Under the pieces are notes generated by a model. It saw only the letters and a program-made list of their open reading frames with translations, ran no database searches and had not been told where the DNA came from. DNA of 63,892 nucleotides, the filler included, from Octopus bimaculoides (taxonomy: Eukaryota): the NCBI RefSeq assembly GCF_001194135.2. It is 5 parts of 5 records of this genome, joined end to end, with 100 filler letters (N's around TTAATTAATTAA, not from the genome) between each part and the next. Parts side by side here need not be neighbours in the genome. Positions count along the whole stretch, not along the records: positions 32,292 to 54,636 come from NC_068989.1; 4 more parts are not named here. The stretch is one strand, 5' to 3'. This document shows positions 35,500-48,750 of the stretch, piece by piece (positions within the stretch are counted from its first letter, which is position 1; every line of letters begins with the position of its first letter). Made by a program: the position numbers and the translations under genes.

Positions 35500-36374
35500 G
35501 GATTCAGTAATTATCAGATATTGAGAAATATCTGATTCAACAAACAATTTTTTTTGTCTAAAATATTTTTCACCGAAATCAAATTCAAAGGGTTTTCTAC
35601 TCAAACAAAAATATCCATCCTTATTGATGGAGAAAGGTATACAATATACAAAACAAATACTGATAGAACAATTTACAGCATCCCAAGAAAGATGATGGGT
35701 TAACTTCACGATATATGTCTAAATCCTTACAAAAAATTCCCGGGATGCCTGTGGCTACATTAATTCCTAATGGTGGCTTAGACGACTTAATATGTCTAGT
35801 TCGATCTCTTTCTCTTAAATTTGTTACTATAATTAATGTTTGCATAGTTATTTCTTTGTATATTAGTTCCCTCATGGTTGCATGAAATATTGCGATTGTT
35901 ACACTGCACCTAATTTAATGGATATTAAACTGGCTATTAACTTTCGAACACAACGCTTTCAGAATGTATAGACCAATCTTGATTTACCTTTAATAGAACA
36001 CATCTATGAGGTTCAAATAACAGAGATGATAATATTTTAATATCTCCTCTGAGTAATAACAATAACACTAATAGAGTAAGACCTCTTATGACTACATACC
36101 TAATGGAGTGTGTAACTGTAGAAACCATGATAAATCCCCAGCCCTCTGGAAACCAATGTTTAAGGATGGATATTATGTATAAGTCCTCGGTGAAAACATC
36201 TGATAATGTCCATTATTACATAGGCACTTCCGCCTCGAAATTCAAGGCAAAATTACATCAACGCATTCGTTCTTTGAACTACAAAAAAAAAAAACTACAC
36301 TTCATCAGCGAAATTCATCTGGGACTTCAAGGAGAGGAGAGATTACTTTGTTTCGTGGTCTTTTATAGATAGTG

Positions 36375-36430
<56 letters not shown>

Positions 36431-36810
36431 ATGAGAGGTTGAGGCTGTATTTTGTGCTTGGTGGAGGCGTTTGAAATTGTAAATCCATTCTAATTCACTA
36501 ACGTAGCAAGTTATTAATTCGATGTCCTCACTTAACAAAACATTCTTAAAATTTCCACACAAAATACCACATGATTAACTCACCTGGTTATAAATAAAAT
36601 TAATACTAACGTTATCTTATCAAGAATTCTTTCTTTTCTTTCTTAAGTTATCTATTATGTAATATATTACTCCTTTCCCAAATAAGTTTTTACCTTTATT
36701 CCAATTCTTAACTATTGCACACAACTGAGTTCAGTTTAATTTAGTTCTTTTTAACTGTAGTAAACTTGATATTTCTCAAACCGAATAGAGAGAAATATCT
36801 TATAAATTTC
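35500..36810 (+). mobile_element. Penelope-like element relic (RT thumb + GIY-YIG), interrupted by (CA)n at 36377-36426
   Basis: GNQCLRMDIMYKSSVKTSDNVHYYIGTSASKFKAKLHQRIRSLNY...SAKFIWDFKERRDYFVSWS and, after the microsatellite, CILCLVEAFEIV. Confidence 0.8.
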
Positions 36811-37514
36811 ATATACAGTTACTATACACCCGGTTGACCTACCCACGTTCCCTCTTCTAGGACTTTAAATGCCACCCTACCGCAGATTGGACAGCAAACA
36901 AGCTTGTTAATAGTAACTTTTCCTGAGCTGCGTTCTCACAATCTAATACACTCCAATGCTTGATGATATCTTGACCTACAGGACTGTGAATTCGGTAAGA
37001 ATATAATAAATCAAAGAAAGAAAATTGCTATGTGTGTTTTCTACAATCCTTCATCCACAACTTTGTAGCAGAATCTCAAAATCTACCACAATAACTTTTA
37101 AGCCTTGAAGAGAATGATTGGAGTGGGTGGGCAACAATTTATTGATTGACTATGCATACACGCCATTGTGTAGCAAGGAAACAGCGCTTGAAGCTATTCG
37201 GAACGTTTGTAATTGTGAATAAAGTTATGTGAAAATATAATAAATATAATTCTTCATTCTTTGCTATTATATTTTATGATTAATACAGCAACCTACCGAC
37301 GGGTGAATAACCTCTGATTTAAAGTTTGTACAGATCATCCGGTGTATTCATTCTATGTGGATTATTATACTCTGCAATAGAAATTCTGTTAGTCATGTTT
37401 TACAGCATGGAGTACTGACGAAGGTAGACGCCTGTGTTTCTTCACTCCCTAATTTCTATGTATGTGTATGTGTGTGTGTATGTATGTCTGCGTGTGCATG
37501 TGTGTGTGTGTGTA

Positions 37515-37556
<42 letters not shown>

Positions 37557-37869
37557 NNNNNNNNNNNNNNNNNNNNNNNNNNNNNNNNNNNNNNNNNNNN
37601 NNNNNNNNNNNNNNNNNNNNNNNNNNNNNNNNNNNNNNNNNNNNNNNNNNNNNNNNNNNNNNNNNNNNNNNNNNNNNNNNNNNNNNNNNNNNNNNNNNNN
37701 NNNNNNNNNNNNNNNNNNNNNNNNNNNNNNNNNNNNNNNNNNNNNNNNNNNNNNNNNNNNNNNNNNNNNNNNNNNNNNNNNNNNNNNNNNNNNNNNNNNN
37801 NNNNNNNNNNNNNNNNNNNNNNNNNNNNNNNNNNNNNNNNNATATATATATATATATATATATATACAT

Positions 37870-37915
<46 letters not shown>

Positions 37916-38289
37916 GCATACGCATATATATATATATATATTAGGAAGGGCGTCCACCCGAAGAAACCAAGCCAAATCAAACTAGAACCTGGTGCAGCTT
38001 TTATGCTTGCTAACTCTGGTCAAACCGTTCAACCATGACAGCATCATATATACACACACATGATGCATGTGTGGCCATGTATGCATTATGTGCATATTGT
38101 TTCTCCATTAGCTCCCTTCGTTTCTTTTAGAGTATATCACATGGTATTAGATATTGTGTGGTAGATATTGACCAACCGAATTGACCATTGGTATCTGATA
38201 ATGTTAGCGAATTAGATTGGTTATCAGGTTTACTAAATCTGACACTGAGCTTGCCTAGACCTTCAGTAAATTGGAGATTGAATCTCTTT

Positions 38290-38375
38290 AAAAAATCTCC
38301 TACCTTACATCTTTCCACAGGTTATCAGAATTAATACTGTTGGAAACATTGAGATGCTGGAGGCTGTTGTTAATC
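38290..38375 (+). mobile_element. Tc1/mariner DD37D-like transposase fragment
   Basis: PYIFPQVIRINTVGNIEMLEAVV, homologous to 44033-44275. Confidence 0.5.
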
Positions 38376-38995
38376 ATCCTTTCGGGTTCGATAAATTAAG
38401 TACCAGTTGCATACTGGGGTCGATCTAATCGACTGGCACCCTCCCCCAAAATTTCGGGCCTTGTGCCTAGAGTAGAAAATAATTTTTAGAACTATAAAGC
38501 ATTTTGCATTTTTCCAGTTTAATGATCACCCGTGCATATTATTTTTGTTATGAATATGGTGTCATATGTTTCGAATTTTGTTTCTTGACCAGCTATTGAG
38601 ACAGGAGATTCGCGTAAAATCTGAATTGTACCAGAGAGTAATCTCTGCAATATAATAAATAATTGCACTGCAGTTTTGTATTTAATACTTTTCCTTCCTG
38701 TCTATAAATTCCAACACGCATGCACGGAAAAAAAATCTCAGACAGACACTTTATATTTTACAAAACATCTTTCGTGATATTTTTATGTAACAGAAAGAGT
38801 GTGACGAATAACCTAAAGTAGAGCTGAAATAATGTAATCGAATATACATGCAACGATGTATATACAAAATACACAATGTAAAACAAACATTAATACTAAA
38901 ATAACATCAATTTACATCATCTATATATGAGTGCATATATATATGTGTATATATAGATATGCGTATATATGTATGTATAAAATATCTATACGCAC

Positions 38996-39065
<70 letters not shown>

Positions 39066-40275
39066 GTCTATTTATACACACACACTCATATATGTGTATG
39101 CATGTATATATGAATGTATGTATGTACGTATATATATATAGGCATTCATACATACGTATATGAGAACACGTATATGAATTGCACTTGTATCTTCACAAAA
39201 CTGGACATTAACTCAAATATACAAAAAGCACACACACACACGCACAAACATTCACACACACACAGACAAATTTAGGCATGAAAGTATATTTAATCTTACA
39301 ATATAATATATTTGGTTTTAAATCCAATCTTCACTAAACTTAAGAACTTCTTTCAATTTCACAGTTTTTTAAACTTTTTTTTTTAGTATAGACACTCTGT
39401 AGGAGACGTCTTATTAACAGCTATATAAATTCCTAATGGAAATTCTCTGTAAGTAGAGATTTGACTCTTGGAGATGCTTTATAGCGAAGTATAGTGAATA
39501 CATTTCACATATAAAAATGTAAATTTAGTCTTGGTGTCTTAAGAATCTCTTTTTAAACCTTTTGATACTAACATGCTTCAGACTGTCGCTAGTTCTGCGA
39601 TACGAAAATGTCAATATTAAGTGCATATATTTAAATTTCAAACTTTCTATCATCATTTTATATAATTTAACTTTTGGTAAGTAAAGTTCCTAACACAAAT
39701 ATAAGTTTTTTATTCAATCCTTCCAAATTCTTTATTATTTTCAAAATTTAATGGAACACCCCAGCAGAGTATTTCATTTAGACATACAATCACTAAAAGT
39801 TAGTAAAAGGAAGAGCTTTGGGTAAAAGAATTAAAGTTATCTTAAACGATTGCAATGAGTCGTTGTTAGAATATTAGACTCATATTTTAGCAATTAATAT
39901 TTTTGAACGTTACGTTTCAATCTGTGTGATCTGTGATCGTGATCAGTGGTCTTATCCCCCCCCCACTGTACATACTTTCCAGACTGGATAGATAACAATA
40001 ACCTTTATTTATAAAATAAAGGCAACATTGATATAAATGTTTAAAAAAATCCCTTGAGTAATGCAGGTGAGAAGTTATGTAAAATATGTAAAGTAATGTC
40101 AGTAAATGAGAGGAAACTAAAAAATATTGTATTTATATACATAGGTTTCCAATGCGCCTATAATATTTCGGGAAAGATTCTCTTAATCAAGCATAAGAAC
40201 GAAAATAATCCATGAGTTCGGAGAAAAGTGTCAGTCTAGTGTGGGAATCCTTATAATAAGGTCATTAAACAACCT

Positions 40276-40658
40276 GTTGTTGGCACTCCGTCGCTTACGA
40301 CGTCGATGGTTCCAGTTGATCCGATCAACGGAGCAGCCTGCTCGTAAAGTTAACGTGCAAGTGGCTGAGCACTCCACAGACACGTGTACCCTTAACGTAG
40401 TTCTCGGGGATATTCAGCGTGACACAGTGTGACAAGGCTGACCCTTTGAATTACAGGCACAACAGAAACAGGAAGTAAGAGTGAGAGAAAGATGTGGTGG
40501 AAGAGTACAGCAGGGTTTGCCACCATCCCCTGCCGGAGCCTCGTGGAGCTTTAGGTGTTTTCACTCAATAAACACTCACAACGCCCCGGTCTGGGAATCG
40601 AAACCGCGATCTTATGACCACGAGTCCGCTGCCTTAACCACTGGGCCATTGCGCTTCC
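40276..40658 (-). mobile_element. SINE family B, full length
   Basis: 13-bp TSD CATTAAACAACCT at 40263-40275 and 40660-40672. Confidence 0.95.
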
Positions 40659-41295
40659 ACATTAAACAACCTATATAAGGTAATACAATATCTTTCGTTT
40701 TTTTTTTATTGGCATCATCTTTTATATTTTATTTAATTCATTATTTGCTTTGCTCCAAAGGATTTTTGTAAACATTTTGTAAACACTGCGATAATTCGAA
40801 CAAATTAGAATACTATATTAGGGGAAATATGGTTTTCCTCTAATTGACCGCTTAGGTCTAGTAAGTAGGTGATCACTATGCTTTTACCAATATTTAAGGG
40901 AGACGGTAATTAAAATAATTGAAAGATGAACACGTAAATTCAGCTGATTTGTTGCTACTTAATTTTAATTCTTTGTACTTAATACTAAAAAGAAATTCCT
41001 CTTTTGTGAACATGTGCAGCGCTAGTTTAAAAGTTTCCCATGAAGCAACCAGTGTGGTTCAGGACATTTACGATAGTGAAGCGTGATCTGGAAATGAATT
41101 CTTCTTCAAAAGCACTGGTTTACCGATATTCTCTTCGATATTTACATCTTTTACCTAAATATAACAGTGAAAGTTAAACATAAACACATGCACGCACAAA
41201 CACACACACATACATACACACAAGCACACTCACACAACGGACACACTCACACAACAGACACACTCACACAACAGACACACTCACACATACGCATA

Positions 41296-41329
<34 letters not shown>

Positions 41330-41333
<4 letters not shown>

Positions 41334-43183
41334 AATCAAAGGTTTGACGGAAAAAACACAAGAAGCGAAAATCCAACAAAAAACTACATACGGAACAAGA
41401 AACGATAACATAAGAAACAGGAAACTGGACGTCAGTCAGTGTCCAGAAAATCATGGCAGTTTCGCGCTTTTTTACTCTTGAGGCCGCTCGAATCTGGCAA
41501 GCGCCAGAGCATTAAGGTAAAAGCATGAAGCTTCTGAGAAAAGCAAACGAATGTATACCAGAACAAAAACAAGAACGAGAAAGCAAGAATTATGCACATA
41601 CAACAGACGAATGCCTTTCGGTTATACAACAAAACGAAAATAATTGTACATTTACAAATAAATAAATAACAGAAATGTGACGTGATGAAATAAGAATTCA
41701 AATGCAGCAGAAAAAGAATTATACATAAACAATAGACAACCGCCTTTCGGCTATACAGCAACATGAAAATGATAGTACAATTACAACATATATGGATAAT
41801 AGAAAGGATCTTTCGACTATCAGACGAACCTAGTAGTCTGGTGCAAAGGAGAAATGGAAAGTCTTAACAGACCGAGCGGGAGTAGCTTAATGCTCTGGTG
41901 TTTGCCGGATTCGAGCGGTCTCAGGGGTAAAAAAGTGCGAAACTGCTATGACTTTCCGAACACTGACTGACGAGAAAATTGTTCAGTTTCCCGTTTGTTA
42001 TGTTATCGTCTATTTTCCCATATGTTATATTTTGTTGGATTTCCGATTGTTGTGTTCTTTCTGTCCTACTCTTGATTCATCTATGCGGTGCGCCGTACTA
42101 CCTGTTGTTTACTTTGTTAAAAAAGTATTCCTTGAATATTATGTACGAGTCTTAACTTATCTATCCTTCCTCGCTTTTCTACTTTGTTCCTTCCGTTTTC
42201 TCTCCTTATGTGTGTGTGTGTGTCTCTCTCTCTCCCTCCTTCTCTCTCGTTCCTCTCCCTCTGATTTTTTTTTGTCTTATTCCGTAGGCCCTCTTTTTTC
42301 CCTTCCTCTGCTTTCCTTCTTTGCTTGTCTCACTTGTACCTTTCTCTCTCTCTGTGCCTTTATCTCCTCCCCGCTCTCTCATTCTTTAGTCACTCTGATT
42401 TCTTTTCCCTCTGTCTTATTCCTTAGTCCATCTTTCCCCCTCCCTCTTATTCTTTAATCCCTTTGCCCTCTACAATTCTTTCCGTCTCCTATCACGTGAT
42501 CACTGGTCAAGGCATTATCGTCCTTTTCCGACCAGCCATCATCCAGGCCAGTCACGTTCATCTGTCTTCTTGCTTGGTCTGTTAAGACTTTTCATTTCTC
42601 CTTTGCGCCAACCTATTTCCTTTGTCTGATAGTCGAAAGACCCTTTATCTTATCTATGTATGTTGCAATTGTTCAATTATTTTCATTTTGTTGTATAGCC
42701 GAATGACGTTTGTCAATTGTTTATGCATAATTCTTCTGTTGTACTTGTATTATTATTTCATCACGTTAGCGTTCATCTAATAGTCGAAACACTCTTTCTG
42801 TTATTCATTTATCTGTAAATGTACAATTATTTTCGTCTTGTATAGCCGAAAGGCGTTCATCTTATGTATGTGCATAATTCTTACTCTCTCATTCTTGCTT
42901 TCGTTATTGTATACACTCGTTTGCTTTTCCCAGAAGCTTAATGCTCTGGCTCTTGCCTGATTCGAGCGGTCTTAAGGGTAAAAATGCGCGAAACTACGAT
43001 GACTTTCCGTACACTGACTGACGAGGAAATCGGCTGCGAATGGTCTGTGTTTCTTGCTTTTGTCCAGTTTCCCTCTTGTTATGCTATCGTTTGTTTTCCG
43101 CATGTAGTTTTTTGTTGGATTTCCGCTTGTTAATTCTAACCGTTGATTTATCTATGTGGCGCACCGTACAATCTGTTGTTTAC

Positions 43184-43185
<2 letters not shown>
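41330..43185. mobile_element. Non-coding element in inverted plus partial tandem arrangement (PLE pLTR-like), (CA)n at both ends
   Basis: Arm 41330-41873(-) pairs with 42576-43150(+); a third partial copy lies at 41885-42120(+). Confidence 0.7.
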
Positions 43186-43268
<83 letters not shown>

Positions 43269-44032
43269 ACACACAAACACTGACTGCGATCTTATGGTTA
43301 GTGAGCTGTCAGAAGCAGTGATTCTAATAGATTTTCGAGTCTGCTCGAGACGGTAACTAATATGGGAGTATTATCAGGATCCTCGTGAGATGTGACATGA
43401 CCTTTTCTATCACACTCTTATAAACTGCTCAGAAATGCTGAAATAGTAAGTCTATGGTAAAGATGTAGGTAAACGACATTATAAAATAGGTCTAAATGGA
43501 GCTAGTGGGTAACGAACTTCGTTAAGTTAAACACAAGGCTCGGTAGTGGTAGTGATTAGTTCATGATGCTTGGTAGATGATTTTCTTGAAAGCACAAGGA
43601 CCACGTGCTCTAGTTAGTTCGGAACATCAAATATCCTAAGATGTATTTGAAATTTGGTGGATGAAATCAATGCATTTGCTTAGGATCCAACGATAATCTT
43701 TGAATTAAGGGTCAATCGGCTTTCATATATATATATATACACCAATGGTCAATCTAAGGTCTTGACAGTAGTTACATGATCAATGGGTTCTGCCATGTGA
43801 TTAGACCCAGAATTACGTGGTTCTGAAGCGAACACCTCAAACTCACAGTCACGTTTGTATCTTTATTTACTCTACAATGTCGCTTTTCTCAAATGAAAAT
43901 TGTTTCCGAACATGGCAGTAGCAAGTTTTGAATATAAAAAGACAACTTGGTTTTAAATGCACTCTTCTACCTCGATTATGGAAACTTATTGCCTAATGAA
44001 TATTTATAAACAATGATATAATAGTTTTAGGA

Positions 44033-44275
44033 GTGGTGAACAACGAAGGTCATGTCATACCACGTCACATTTTCCCACTGGCTCTTAGAATTAATGTTGT
44101 TGAGATGTTGGAGACAGTCGTTAAGCTTTGGATCGATGAAGTATGCACTGGAAGTCCATGCGTGTTTCAGCATGACTCGGCACCTTATAAAACCCACGTA
44201 GCACATAAATGGATGTCAGACTATCCTTACAACTTTGGCCTCCAAACTTGCGAAATTTGAATCCCATGGAGAACT
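44033..44275 (+). mobile_element. Tc1/mariner DD37D-like transposase fragment
   Basis: NEGHVIPRHIFPLALRIN...LETVVKLWIDEVCTGSPCVFQHDSAPYK. Confidence 0.75.
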
Positions 44276-44495
44276 ACTTTTGATGGCTGATTTGTCGGGT
44301 AAAACGTGAGTTTATTGTGTTTTCTTCATATTTGAGTTAAAAATCTGGCGAGCTTGACATCAGGGTTTTTTTTCATTCTTTCTGTAGTTATTGGATGTGA
44401 ATATAAAATGAATTAACAAGGAATCTATTGAACTTGTATAAAAGACAGTATTTCAGTCATTCTAAAACGTGTGGCATTATGTAAATATTCGAAAA

Positions 44496-44970
44496 GGTGG
44501 TGAGCTGGCAGAATCGTTTGCACGCCGGACCAAATGCTAAGCGGCATCTTGTCTCTTAGCGGCATTTAAGCTCTGAGTCCAAATTTCACCGAGATCGACT
44601 TTGCTTTTCATCCTTTCGGGATCGATAAAATAAGTACCAGTTGAGCAGTAGGGTCGATGTAATTGATTTACCTCCTCCTCCGGAATATCTGGTCTTGTGC
44701 CAAGATTTGAAATCATTATTTATATGAGAAACTATTTTGTGAATGGATCTAAGGCGGCGTGCTGGCAGAATCGTTAGCACGCCAGGTGAAATGCTTAGCT
44801 CCATTTCGTCCGTCTTCACGTTCTGAGTTCAAATTCCGCCGAGGTCCACTTTGCCTTTCATCCTTTAGGGGTCGATAAAATAAGTACCAGTTGAACCGTG
44901 GGCGGTCGATGTAATCGACTTACCCCTTTCCCAGAACTTGCTGGTCTTGTGCCAAAATTTGAAACCAGTA
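44496..44970 (+). mobile_element. Two tandem SINE family C copies
   Basis: 44496-44715 and 44752-44970 both match the family. Confidence 0.85.
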
Positions 44971-45841
44971 TTATGAAGCGATGTGTAATTCTTAGGCAAA
45001 CAAGTATTTCTAACTTGAAATTGGAAACAATAGTGAAGAGAATTGTTCCCGAAAATGCCAAAGGGTTCGCATACAACATCACCTGAACAAAAGCAATTCC
45101 GACAGTTACCGTTTTGAGGTAAGGAGAGCACATCTGATAAATTCTACGGAAGGTAAAAAAAAGTCGACTTTCCAGCTATTTTGCAACTGGTCGTGTTTTG
45201 TTTCCATTGCCTTCAGCATTGCGACGTTATGCTAAAACTCAAACAGACATTGCTTCACTTCGTAAGCATACATATTCCCATATGTGCGTGTAAGCGCACA
45301 TATATTCACACTTATGCATAGAGTCTTAATTACGAAGTTAAAAGTGTGAGGGCATGACACATCACTGCTTATCTGTTTTTTAACAATTGGAAATTATACG
45401 TGATCCCACTTGATATATCTTTGGGAGAGAGGAGAATGTGAGAAAGAGAGCGAGAGATAGATAGATAGATAGATAAATAGAGAGAGAAAGAGAAAGAGAG
45501 AAATAATTAGTTTTATGAGAAAGATGAAGAGAAAGAGCGAAAGGGAAAGGGAGAAAGAAAGAAAGAGAGAGAGAAAGAGAGAAAGAGACAGAAAACAGGA
45601 CAATAATAGACGGAGAATGAATGAGAGAGAAAGAGTAGGTGAGAGGGAGAGATGTAATAAGTGCGTGAGAGAATGAGAGAGAGAGGTAGAGAGAGAGAGA
45701 GAGAGAGAAAACAGAGGGACAATGAATTAGAGAGAAAGTGAGACAATAAATGTGTGTGAGAAAGAGCGGGGACTATAAATAGGGAAGTAAAACAGAGGCA
45801 ATAAATGTATGTGTATGTGTATGTGCATGTGTGTGTATGTA

Positions 45842-45897
<56 letters not shown>

Positions 45898-46666
45898 GAA
45901 ATTAAAAGAGATAAAAGGGAGAGGCAATAAATGTTTATATGTGTGAGAGAAACAAAGACTATAAACAGAAGAAAAAGTGTGACTCTCTTTTTATAGTATT
46001 TTATAATTCACTCACTTCTCAGACTTAACAATTACGTCCTTTGTTTTATGGGTTATTCTTTTTAAGAAAGAATATTTTTTTAATGCAATTTTTGCTTAAG
46101 AAGGTGATTGGAAATGATATCAGGGAATATTTAGCTCTTCTTTTTAGCACGTTGTATGATGTTGTTGAAGTTCCTGTACACGTGAGGGGTTAGTTCTGCT
46201 GTATCGAACTATGATAAAGTAAATGCATCTCTGTCGGTTTCGATGATGAGGATTTTAGTTGTTCCTTCATTGAACTACCGTGTAGGTGGTTGAATATTCC
46301 TCACACAGGTGAATTTTTTACGTAGTCGTCTTGAAGAATCAGCGTGATACAGTACCTTTGAATTACAGGTACAAACCATCAGATGGTATTCAGTACAGTT
46401 TTCGTTTATTAAATTTCACTCAAGATACTTCAAGTGTGCAGTGGTTAAAAATGACAAGAAGAAGAAGAAGAACAACAACAACAACAAAAACGGTACTTAC
46501 TCAAGATGCGCAGGAGTGGCTGTGTGGTAAGAAGCTTGCTTTCCAGCTACATATGTAGTGAAACTACCTATCGTCACTAGATACAAAACTACTATCGCCA
46601 TTACATACAATCTTCTCATTTAAATATAAATAAATGCGAGCGTAGTAGAGAACCCATTCCTTGTCA

Positions 46667-46810
46667 TCACGTGACTGATTATTATTCGAATCGGCAACTT
46701 CTTCGAACCTTTCCCGCCAGAACGCAAACTGACCAATCACGCCCCCTAATAAGGTCACGTGATAGAGTAAAATTCTGAAGGCATTTGGAGCCCTCTTAAC
46801 GCTATATATA
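46667..46810 (+). promoter_or_regulatory. Promoter-like motif cluster (putative)
   Basis: TCACGTGA 46667, TTTCCCGCC 46710, CCAAT 46733, GTCACGTGA 46754, TATATATA 46803; motif match only. Confidence 0.3.
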
Positions 46811-47887
46811 GATCAACTCATACCCCACAAATTTGTCTCGGTCCAGTTTCTCTTTGAGAACTGTTNNNNNNNNNNNNNNNNNNNNNNNNNNNNNNNNNNN
46901 NNNNNNNNNNNNNNNNNNNNNNNNNNNNNNNNNNNNNNNNNNNNNNNNNNNNNNNNNNNNNNNNNNNNNNNNNNNNNNNNNNNNNNNNNNNNNNNNNNNN
47001 NNNNNNNNNNNNNNNNNNNNNNNNNNNNNNNNNNNNNNNNNNNNNNNNNNNNNNNNNNNNNNNNNNNNNNNNNNNNNNNNNNNNNNNNNNNNNNNNNNNN
47101 NNNNNNNNNNNNNNNNNNNNNNNNNNNNNNNNNNNNNNNNNNNNNNNNNNNNNNNNNNNNNNNNNNNNNNNNNNNNNNNNNNNNNNNNNNNNNNNNNNNN
47201 NNNNNNNNNNNNNNNNNNNNNNNNNNNNNNNNNNNNNNNNNNNNNNNNNNNNNNNNNNNNNNNNNNNNNNNNNNNNNNNNNNNNNNNNNNNNNNNNNNNN
47301 NNNNNNNNNNNNNNNNNNNNNNNNNNNNNNNNNNNNNNNNNNNNNNNNNNNNNNNNNNNNNNNNNNNNNNNNNNNNNNNNNNNNNNNNNNNNNNNNNNNN
47401 NNNNNNNNNNNNNNNNNNNNNNNNNNNNNNNNNNNNNNNNNNNNNNNNNNNNNNNNNNNNNNNNNNNNNNNNNNNNNNNNNNNNNNNNNNNNNNNNNNNN
47501 NNNNNNNNNNNNNNNNNNNNNNNNNNNNNNNNNNNNNNNNNNNNNNNNNNNNNNNNNNNNNNNNNNNNNNNNNNNNNNNNNNNNNNNNNNNNNNNNNNNN
47601 NNNNNNNNNNNNNNNNNNNNNNNNNNNNNNNNNNNNNNNNNNNNNNNNNNNNNNNNNNNNNNNNNNNNNNNNNNNNNNNNNNNNNNNNNNNNNNNNNNNN
47701 NNNNNNNNNNNNNNNNNNNNNNNNNNNNNNNNNNNNNNNNNNNNNNNNNNNNNNNNNNNNNNNNNNNNNNNNNNNNNNNNNNNNNNNNNNNNNNNNNNNN
47801 NNNNNNNNNNNNNNNNNNNNNNNNNNNNNNNNNNNNNNNNNNNNNNNNNNNNNNNNNNNNNNTATATATATATATATATATCTATAT

Positions 47888-48108
47888 CTGAATGTGTGTG
47901 TCTGTGTTTGTTCCCCCATCACCACTTGACAACCGGTGTGTGTATGTGTGTGTATACGTCCCAGTAATTTAACGGTTCGGCAAAAGGGACCGATGGGATA
48001 AGTCCCAGATTTAAAAGATAAGTACTGGGGTCGATTTATTTGACTAAAAATTCAAGGCGGTGCCCTAGCATGGCCGCAGTCTAGTGACTGAAACAAAAGA
48101 TAAAAGAA
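47888..48108 (+). mobile_element. SINE family A 3' module
   Basis: Similarity; another 3' module at about 49875-50075. Confidence 0.75.
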
Positions 48109-48709
48109 TGCGATGCAGTGGGATCGAATCTTCGTAAATGGTAAGCGAACTTCTTAACTATTTGGCAATGCTAGGGCTACAAACAAGATACCCCTCATAG
48201 AATAAATGCCACTAAGTATTCATTCTTCTCAACCACCGAGCCATATCTAAAATACAAAAGGATATAGTAGCAAAACCTTAAAACCACTATATTTCCTATT
48301 CTGTCCATACAGATACAATGAGTACTAAAACTAGCAGTAGTACCAATACATCCCTTTAGCGTCGAACACTATTGTACAAACCAGGCACAAGCAAACTTTT
48401 TCGACAAGCGAGCCGAATATTCGAAAAACAATACTCATTATCAGGCGGGCCGCACTTCTAAAAACAGATCAAGGTAATTTTTCGTTGGTATGCTGTTCAG
48501 AAAGTTCTACAGATCGCAGTTTGTCCTCGACTTGTGTAAACAGTAAATTTTATAATTTAAAGCCATCTGCTTTGTCTTTATCTGTTCTGGAGACTTATCA
48601 AAAACCAAAGGCAGACAAATAAAAAGGGAGAGAGAGAGAGGAAGAAAGAGAGAGAGAGAGAGGAAGAAAGAGAGAGAGAGAGAGGAAGAAAGAGAGAGAG
48701 AGATAGAGG

Positions 48710-48750
<41 letters not shown>

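Noticed and set aside
36861-36994. Exon-like segment with good acceptor (CCTCTTCTAG) and donor (GTAAGA)
   Set aside because: Stops in all three frames; could only be non-coding and has no other support
38310-38400. Acceptor CTTTCCACAG followed by an open frame
   Set aside because: The frame is a DD37D-like transposase remnant running into a SINE
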